From Octopus bimaculoides (Eukaryota): a DNA stretch of 42,523 nucleotides. Of this stretch, positions 34,239 to 42,523 are shown piece after piece (the stretch's first letter is position 1; each line of letters opens with the position of its first letter). The stretch lies in contig NC_068982.1 in assembly GCF_001194135.2 (NCBI RefSeq), positions 11,213,919-11,256,441 on the forward strand, written 5' to 3'. The notes below the pieces were generated by a model. It was not told the origin of the DNA. It did not search any database and saw only the letters and a program-made list of their open reading frames with translations. The translations under genes and the position numbers were made by a program.

Positions 34239-34307
34239 ATGGAAGCTTTCAGTGTTCATGGCCTTGTTGGCAAAATTATTGACAGAGTTCCTCAGAAACA
34301 GCTGTCT
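34239..34307 (+). CDS. PEBP: O-crystallin (PEBP/RKIP family), coding exon 1
   Basis: Translates MEAFSVHGLVGKIIDRVPQKQLS and ends at a canonical GTAAGT donor (phase 0). It matches the N-terminus of octopus lens O-crystallin as recalled (MEAFNVHGLVGKIIDRVPHKQLS). Confidence 0.93.
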
Positions 34308-35692
34308 GTAAGTGGCACATTTTTGGCAACTTATATATTTTTTTGTTTGCTATTTAGGAAAAATAATTTGAAGATTGTGGAATGCCAACTTTTATCATTC
34401 ATCTATAGAAAACGATAGCATTCTTTCCTTCTCTTTTGTTCCTTTGCCTTTACCATTTTTAATCTGTATTCTGCTTTTTTTTTTCTTTAGCTTTTTATTT
34501 GTTTTTTTGCTTTGTTAAAAACTATTCATTATTAAATCATATTTTTGTTTAACATTTAAAATTTTGTAAAGCATTTTGAGTTGCAGCTATTTCATTAGCA
34601 ATATTAATTATTTATTAGTTTAGAATTACTTTCAAGCACAAATGAATTTGTGGATATTTTTGCTTCAATTTTTAAAGAACAAAATCTTAGATTTTTATCA
34701 TATTTAGTATTAAAAAAAAATAAATAAAGATCATACATAATAATACATATATTATCAAATGCAGAAAATTCGAGGTATTCCCAAATTGGCACAAGAACAA
34801 AAACAAAAGGGAAATGGAAGATTTAATTATGTAGAGTGATAGTAAACTATTTCTGATTTGCTAATTACAAACGCTTTTTACTTTTGGGTGCAATGAGAAA
34901 GTCATTCATAGAGCTAGAGTTCAACAAAGTAATTTTATATTTTTGTCTGGCTAAATTTTCTTAATGGAAGTCATACAAGATTCAGAGAAATGAAGGCCAT
35001 CTTTCTATCAAAATTTGTTTATTTGTCTATTTTAATCAAAATTCACAAGTCTTTCAGACAGAAACCAGCAAAATATGAAGTAAAGTTTATCAAGAATCTC
35101 TTTTATCTATTCCCCTAGTTCACATTTTCCAAATTCTTTTGGAACACCATATTTTGTTTTAGACAGGGAAAGTGTAACTAATTTATGGAGAGCAAATTAT
35201 GCCATTACACTGGTGATTATATTGTCACCCAAGTAATTGGTTATATCTTTTCCTATTTCAAGGAATGGCTTTACGTCTAAAAAAGATATCTTTTTGAAAG
35301 AATCACTGATCTTGCTTCTAATATAACTTGAGGCTTAATTTCCCAAGGCGGGAGTCTCTATGTGGACACTCAACCTGCAATAAATAGCAACTAAAACACC
35401 CTCAAATTGCTGGAGAATAATTATAGAGGGAAAAAAAACATGATAGAATAGTCATATTCTCTTTTCCCATATTACTTATTTTATCACATTTCTCCTCTAA
35501 GTATTCACTCTATCGTAGACACATAAATATTCACCTTCTTGTCACCTCACTTTGTCTGCCTGCACTATCATTTCCCCTTTCGCTCTTTACAGCATCCTGC
35601 CCCACTCTCTATATTTCTGTTGGCTCAACTGATTCCCTGCCCCACCAGCAGTCTTGCTGTGCCGACAGTTATTTCTCTCCGCATACACGCAT

Positions 35693-35730
<38 letters not shown>

Positions 35731-35734
<4 letters not shown>

Positions 35735-35900
35735 TCTTTTCTTTCACTTGTTTTAGTCATTTGACTGCGGCCATGCTGGAACACTGCCTTAAAGGGGCTT
35801 AGTCAAAGAAATTGGCCCCAGGACTTATTCTTTGTAAGCCTAGTACTTATTCTATCAATCTCCTTTTGCAGGGACAAGGACACACACACACACACACACA
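35731..35900 (-). mobile_element. SINE family A 3' module (intron 1)
   Basis: cttgttttagtcatttgactgcggccatgctggaac...ggacttattctttgtaagcctagtacttattc. Confidence 0.8.
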
Positions 35901-36140
35901 TATATATAATAGTACAAATAATATGTGAGTATATGCATATATACGTACATGTATGTACATACCTACATCTACATGTATATATAGATGCATATTTGGGTAC
36001 AGGACGTCACAAAAAAACGTGGACAAAACGAAAAACAGAACATAAACAGGGCACAGAAAACACAGGCCACATAGAAAACATTTCCTTCATCAGCTGCCAC
36101 CATTCTAAAACTAAGCGTTTTGAAGAGTTATTTATATGAC

Positions 36141-36507
36141 AGGCTTGGCTGTGTGGTAAGAAGGTTGCTTCCCAGCCGTATGGTTCCAGGTTCAGTCTCA
36201 CTGTGTGGCCACCTTATGCAAGTGTATTCTGCTATGGCATTGGACTGGATTTCATAGAGAGAAACTGAAAGAAGCCCATCATATAAATGTGTGTGCTTGT
36301 GTGTGTGTTTGCCTCCACCACCACAGCTTGACAACCAGTGTTGGTGTGTTTACAATCCCTGTAACTTAGTGATTCAGCAAAAAGAGAGTGATAGAATAAG
36401 TACCAGGTTTAAAAAAAACCTGGGGTTGATTTGTTCAACTAAAACCATTCAAGATGGTGCCCCAACATGGCCATGGTCAAATGACTGAAAAAGTAAACAA
36501 TAAAAGA
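36141..36507 (+). mobile_element. SINE family A (intron 1)
   Basis: ggctgtgtggtaagaagg...ttgacaaccagtgttgg...aaatgactgaaaaagtaa. Confidence 0.8.
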
Positions 36508-36523
36508 TGAATGATATATATAT

Positions 36524-36872
36524 ATATTCTTTTATTCTTTTACTTGTTTCAGTCATTTGACTGCGGCCATGCTGGAGCACCGCTTTTAGTCGAGTAAATC
36601 GACCCCAGGACTTATTCTTTGTAAGCCTAGTACTTATTCTATTGGTTTGTCTTGCCAAACCACTAAGTTATGGGGACGTAAACACGCCAACATCGGTTGT
36701 CAAGCAATGTTGGTGGGGACAAGCACGATGGGCTTCTTTCAGTTTCCATCTACCAAATCCACACACAAGGCTATAGTAGAAAACACTTGCCCAAAGTGCC
36801 ATGCAGTGGGACTGAACCTGGAACCATGTGGTTGGTAAGCAAGCTACTTACCACACAGCCACTCCTACGCCT
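36524..36872 (-). mobile_element. SINE family A (intron 1), tail-to-tail with the previous copy
   Basis: Reverse complement of family A from tail to head. Confidence 0.85.
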
Positions 36873-37069
36873 CTCCTAAAGTAGCCAAATGCCTTGGTGT
36901 GCAGCCCATATATATATATATGTAGACTATTTTATTAAAGCTGAAAAATCACCACAAACTGTAGCTACTCAGAGTTTCATAGGCTAAATTATCACTCCTG
37001 TCTGATGAATGGCTATGTAAAGTTATGGTTAGTGTGAAGTTTTTCCAGCTCGAACGAAATAAGTTTTTA

Positions 37070-37155
37070 TATATGGGAGCCTGGTGTAGCCATCCAGTTG
37101 CACCAGTCCTCAGTCAAATTGTCCAACACATGCTAGCATGGAAAGCTGACGTAAG
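37070..37155 (+). mobile_element. RTE-tail (family C) fragment
   Basis: ggagcctggtg...cagtcctcagtcaaattgtccaacacatgctagcatggaaagc. Confidence 0.75.
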
Positions 37156-37296
37156 GCTCTCTGCTTCAATAAACTGGTATTTTTCTCAACCTTTGTTATT
37201 CAAGTACTTATTTTCCCCCACCTTGTTTTGCACTTATGTGTTTACTTATGAGTACACACACACACACACATATGTATAATATAATATAAATGTATA

Positions 37297-37652
37297 CTCT
37301 TTACTCTTTTACTCTTTTACTTGTTTCAGTCTTTTTGACTGTGGCCATGCTGGAGCACTGCCTTTAGTCGAGCAAATCGACCCCAGGACTTATTCTTTGG
37401 AAGCCTAGTACTTATTCTTTCGGTCTCTTTTGCCGAACTGCTAAGTTACAGGGACATAAACACACCAGCATCGGTTGTCAAGCGATGTTGGGGGGACAAA
37501 CACAGACATACAAACACATACACACATACATATATATATACATATATACGACAGGCTTCTTTCAGTTTCCGTCTACCAAATCCACTCACAAGGCATTGGT
37601 CGGCCCGAGGCTATAGTAGAAGACACTTGCCCAAGATGCCACGCAGTGGGAC
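37297..37652 (-). mobile_element. SINE family A, running into gap
   Basis: (actctttt)n tail through gccacgcagtgggac. Confidence 0.88.
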
Positions 37653-38492
37653 NNNNNNNNNNNNNNNNNNNNNNNNNNNNNNNNNNNNNNNNNNNNNNNN
37701 NNNNNNNNNNNNNNNNNNNNNNNNNNNNNNNNNNNNNNNNNNNNNNNNNNNNNNNNNNNNNNNNNNNNNNNNNNNNNNNNNNNNNNNNNNNNNNNNNNNN
37801 NNNNNNNNNNNNNNNNNNNNNNNNNNNNNNNNNNNNNNNNNNNNNNNNNNNNNNNNNNNNNNNNNNNNNNNNNNNNNNNNNNNNNNNNNNNNNNNNNNNN
37901 NNNNNNNNNNNNNNNNNNNNNNNNNNNNNNNNNNNNNNNNNNNNNNNNNNNNNNNNNNNNNNNNNNNNNNNNNNNNNNNNNNNNNNNNNNNNNNNNNNNN
38001 NNNNNNNNNNNNNNNNNNNNNNNNNNNNNNNNNNNNNNNNNNNNNNNNNNNNNNNNNNNNNNNNNNNNNNNNNNNNNNNNNNNNNNNNNNNNNNNNNNNN
38101 NNNNNNNNNNNNNNNNNNNNNNNNNNNNNNNNNNNNNNNNNNNNNNNNNNNNNNNNNNNNNNNNNNNNNNNNNNNNNNNNNNNNNNNNNNNNNNNNNNNN
38201 NNNNNNNNNNNNNNNNNNNNNNNNNNNNNNNNNNNNNNNNNNNNNNNNNNNNNNNNNNNNNNNNNNNNNNNNNNNNNNNNNNNNNNNNNNNNNNNNNNNN
38301 NNNNNNNNNNNNNNNNNNNNNNNNNNNNNNNNNNNNNNNNNNNNNNNNNNNNNNNNNNNNNNNNNNNNNNNNNNNNNNNNNNNNNNNNNNNNNNNNNNNN
38401 NNNNNNNNNNNNNNNNNNNNNNNNNNNNNNNNNNNNNNNNNNNNNNNNNNNNNNNNNNNNNNNNNNNNNNNNNNNNNNNNNNNNNNNNNNNN
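37653..38492. other. assembly gap inside O-crystallin intron 1
   Basis: N run. Exons 1 and 2 join in frame without needing a hidden coding exon. Confidence 1.
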
Positions 38493-38535
<43 letters not shown>

Positions 38536-38822
38536 CCTTCCCAATCTATCAATCACCCACCTGTCTGTAATCTATTCTGATACAGCTTTTGTTATAACAC
38601 TCAATTACTCTTTTTTCTGCCTCTCTTAGAACAGTCAATGTTTTCTCCAACCACATTCCACCAACATCACAGAGGAACTAGAAAATGAAAAAAGGGACAC
38701 ATCAATTGGTCTTTAATAAAATTGATCCTCATTGTCATCAATGAAAACCTTGTCCAATTTATCCTGTTTTAGTTTAATTATCGTTGTTATTTTTTTATTT
38801 TTATTTTCTTAATTACTATTAG

Positions 38823-38943
38823 ATTCATTATGGCAACACTGAAGTTCAACCAGGGATGAATCTCACTCCATCAATGACTAAACATCAACCACACATCAAG
38901 TTTGAAGCTGATGCAAATTCTTATTACACCTTAATTATGAATG
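38823..38943 (+). CDS. PEBP: O-crystallin (PEBP family), coding exon 2
   Basis: T-rich acceptor ending ttag, then IHYGNTEVQPGMNLTPSMTKHQPHIKFEADANSYYTLIMN plus G, then GTAAGT (121 nt, phase 0 to 1). It continues exon 1 exactly and shows the PEBP pattern (G..LTP...P.I.FEA...YTLIM.D). Confidence 0.95.
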
Positions 38944-39021
38944 GTAAGTAATTAATTGTTCTGCATATCTGACGGTTCTCATGACATCTCATTGTCTTTG
39001 ACAATATAAAGATGACTCTAC

Positions 39022-39231
39022 TCTTTTATACTCTTTTACTTGTTTCAATCATTTGACTGCAGCCATGCTGGAGCACCGCCTTTAGTCGAGCAAGTTGACC
39101 CCAGGACTTATTCTTTGGAAGCCTAGTACTTATTCTATTGGTCTCTTTTGCCAAGCCGCTAAGTTACAGGGATGTAAACACATCAGCATCAGTTGTCAAG
39201 CGATGTTGGGAGGACGAACACAGACACACAA

Positions 39232-39298
<67 letters not shown>

Positions 39299-39470
39299 CA
39301 TAAATACGACGGGCTTCTTTCAGTTTCCATCTACCAAATCTACTCACAAGGCTTTAGTCGGTTCGAGGCTATAGCAGAAGACACTTGCCCAAGGTGCCAC
39401 GCAGTGGGACTGAACCCGGAAGCATGTGGTTGGTAAGCAACCTACTTACCACACAGCCAATCCTGCGCCT
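39022..39470 (-). mobile_element. SINE family A, full length (intron 2)
   Basis: Reverse complement of 4492-4940 with an internal (CA)n(TA)n. Confidence 0.9.
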
Positions 39471-39532
39471 ATAAACTCTGTTTATGATAAACACATTCTT
39501 CTTTATATATAATCTCCTTTAATGATATAATT

Positions 39533-39770
39533 CATCATCATCGTCATTTAACTTCCATTTTCCATGCTGGCATGGGTTGGACGGTTTGACAGGAGTTGGT
39601 TGATATTGGAGAGCTGCACAAGGCTCCAATTGTCTGTTTTGGCATGGTTTCTAATGCTGGGTGCCCTTTTTAATGCTAACTACTTCACAGAGTGTAGTGG
39701 GTGCTTTATACAATGCTCCAGCATGGGTGCTTTATACGTGGTACCAGCACGAGTGCCTTTATGTGGCAGG
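39533..39770 (-). mobile_element. RTE-tail element (family C)
   Basis: (TCA)n, ttccatgctggcatgggttggacgg...agagtgtagtgggtgcttt. Confidence 0.8.
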
Positions 39771-40139
39771 GCATAAATAAATTTAAGATACACTAATAAA
39801 CTCAATAAATGATTTTTGCAGCACCACAGGTCTTTCCATTGTAAAATTAAACACTGACACTAATGTCATTGCATATTACAAGAGATTGCCAATCAATATA
39901 TAAATTGCCCTGGTCTTGCATGTTTTAATTAAGTGTGGCTCCCTAATACAATTGCTGAGTTTGCCACAGCTAATGTAACAGTGTCAGTCCACAAAGCTTG
40001 TGATCCCTACAAATAGATACACATTGAGCATGAGTTCATTGGTCTATTTGAGTGGCCAGCTTTTTTGTGCTGGTGTCTTCTGAAGTATCTTGCCTGTAAC
40101 AAACCTTTCATACTTTTATTAAATCTAAGCATCATTCGA

Positions 40140-40360
40140 GCATGGTTGATGCCAGTGCTGCACTTGTGGCACGTAAAAAGCACCCACTACATTCTCAGAG
40201 TGGTTGGCATTAGGAAGGGCATCCATCTGTAGAAACCTTGCCAGATCAGATTGGAGCCTGGTGCAGCCTTCTGGTTTGCCAGTCCTCAGTCAAACCGTCC
40301 AACCCATACCAGCATAGAAAGCAGATGTTGAACAATGATGATGATGACGATGATGATGAT
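40140..40360 (+). mobile_element. RTE-tail element (family C)
   Basis: gcacccactacattctcagagtggttggcattaggaagggcatcc...(GAT)n. Confidence 0.85.
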
Positions 40361-40513
40361 TTAAGATTTCGGTTGTATAAATGTATCTTGTATCGGTGAC
40401 ACATACTTTTGCATAAATAGTGAACATGAGATCCTTAACAGAACTAAGTTTAGTTCTAGTAGCAATATACTACAAATAAGGAATGCTGCTTGTTGGAACT
40501 CAATCTCATTCCT

Positions 40514-40743
40514 TTAACCATTTATAGCATTCAGATTATTCCATCAAATGCAACATTTATTTCTTCACTTTGTTTTGAATTAATCATGCATTACCTCATA
40601 GCTTTGAGATTTTTGATAATAAGACTGTTTATTTGTAGAATGACATTATTGGGTAAGTGTGAGAGGTAAGATCTGGCCAATTTTAATGTAAAACAGTAGA
40701 ACATTTGAGTCAGATATGGTCCATTTTAATGTTAAAGGGCCAA
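40514..40743. mobile_element. piggyBac-like MITE
   Basis: TTAA-ccatttatagcatt ... aatgttaaagggc. Homologous to 20560-20780. Confidence 0.65.
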
Positions 40744-41146
40744 GACAGCTTTTCCTGGGGATGCACAATATTGTAATACATTCTTTCACCTTGATATCTT
40801 TAAAACCAAATGATTATCATTTCTACCTGAAAATTCAACAAAACTAAACAAATAGAAAAAAGGCATTAAACCAAAATTTTAAGCATCTTTAGTGATAGGA
40901 ATAACTGAATAACTTAATCAGATTGCCAAATATCTGATCTGTTAGCTTATACAATGTTATATTATTGATATGAACGGATATTTATCAAGATGATTCTTCT
41001 ACCATATTTCTATGATTATGTTTTTATATTTCAGCTAATTAAAGTATCACTCATTAAGGTTGCATAAATATCATGTTCAAAGAATACATTTAATGTTCAA
41101 AGATTGCACAAATATGTAATTTATTGCTTCTGGTGAATCAACAGAG

Positions 41147-41182
<36 letters not shown>

Positions 41183-42337
41183 CGTATACAAATACCATTC
41201 ACATATGAATAATTTGAAGATTGCAATAAATATCCTAAGATTCCATACATATCATGTTCAAAGAATATATTTAAATACCAGAACCAATCTTTAAATTTTT
41301 GAACTATTCTACACTGTTCCAAATATGATGGTTTATTTATTTATTGCAGAAACATGCGAAAAATGTTTATTGTGTGTTTATAAAGCCTCACATCCAAATG
41401 AAGTTGACAGAATGACGTTTGTGCTTTCAAGTAAAGAGACTTCAAACAGAAATTCTTCTGATTCTGTATTGACACCAGGGCACAGGGTTGGTTTATTAGG
41501 ATCTTATCTTTACCCCTCAAGTGTCTTGTTAAAGATATTTATCATCTTACGAGTTGAGGAGTCAGAACAAAGCCCAAAGTGCTGGATTAGATGTTTATGA
41601 TATCTCATAACTATATGTTATGATTCTAAATGCATATTTACCTGTGCTTGTAATTATAACCAAGTTTCGAATTTATTATAGAATTGAAATATTTTGTTTG
41701 CTGGGAAATATATTACTGTGAATCATGCAAAATTATTTCTTTTATTTACAAGAAGAAGAGAAAGAAAAAAATATTAAAAGTATAAATGATCAAATTATTG
41801 AAAAAGAACACCCATAACTACCTAACCTAGGAAACAAAGAGAAAGAAAAAAGGGAGAGGATTAGGCAGCAGAAGTTCAGGGGTGGGGGGTAGTAACAGGT
41901 ACAGAGAATGGCCAGTGGCACCTGCTGCAGCAAGCACCCCCATCTCTCAGGGTTCATTTCTCAGACAGGTAACAGAAGTGTTTTGTAATCCCAGCAGACA
42001 AAATAGCGCTTGCATTACTCCAAAAAATGGCAAGAGGGGTGCACTGAAAGTGACATTCCACTTCGTAGGGCTTGTCCTTGCAGATAGCAATCTCTGACCC
42101 AATTAAACTGAGTAAGGGAGTGGTTCAGGGGTCCAGCACTCTGGTCACTTCCACCACTATAGGTTAAATGAGAAATCTATTGTGGAGTAACTAGCATCTA
42201 GTTACCTTGTGCTCCTCAACCTTTCAAGCAACAAAACCAAGGCCTTCTGTTGATTTCATTTGGTTGATGCAAGAGAAAATATCACAGCAGGTCACATGAT
42301 GTAACTATGTCTTAACATTTTGGATTAGATAAAATGA

Positions 42338-42523
42338 GGTGCAGGAGTGGCTGTGTGGTAAGTAGCTTGCTTACCAACCACATGGTTCCTGGTTCATTCC
42401 CACTACGTGGCACCATGGGCAAGTGTCTTCTACTATAGCCTCGGGCCGACCAAAGCCTTGTGAGTGGATTTGGTAGACGGAAACTGAAAGAAGTCCGTCG
42501 TATATATGTATATATATATATAT
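42338..42523 (+). mobile_element. SINE family A, cut by window end
   Basis: ggtgcaggagtggctgtgtggtaagtagc... through (TA)n. Confidence 0.9.

Noticed and set aside
36070-36130. Minus-strand CTGATGAagg with upstream aaaacgc (type II hammerhead?)
   Set aside because: Stems I and II cannot be formed convincingly.
41325-41600. Candidate O-crystallin exon 3 after ttattgcag
   Set aside because: No frame gives the expected DxDxP or HWLVVNIPG PEBP motifs.

Overview
AT-rich, repeat-dense eukaryotic DNA with four N gaps, inferred to come from an octopod cephalopod on the basis of the SINE families and the gene below. One genuine host gene is visible. It is the 5' part of a PEBP-family gene matching octopus lens O-crystallin on the + strand: coding exon 1 at 34239-34307 and exon 2 at 38823-38943, with later exons apparently beyond the window. 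It has a TATA box and a perfect palindromic CRE just upstream. Neither exon appears in the supplied ORF track. The rest is mostly mobile DNA: several tRNA-derived SINE families, an RTE LINE 3' end, a CRE-clade retrotransposon 3' end with a restriction-like endonuclease, mariner and hAT remnants, piggyBac-like and mariner MITEs, and fold-back elements centred on TTAGGG. The most unusual observations are (1) a tRNA-headed SINE carrying a Penelope-type minimal hammerhead ribozyme, present as an inverted pair about 1.3 kb upstream of the crystallin promoter, (2) a second hammerhead with an intact core, (3) a decayed intronless ORF of about 180 codons that is visible only after removing nested insertions, and (4) an internally inverted mariner. 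Family names come from recalled motifs rather than database searches, and repeat boundaries are approximate.
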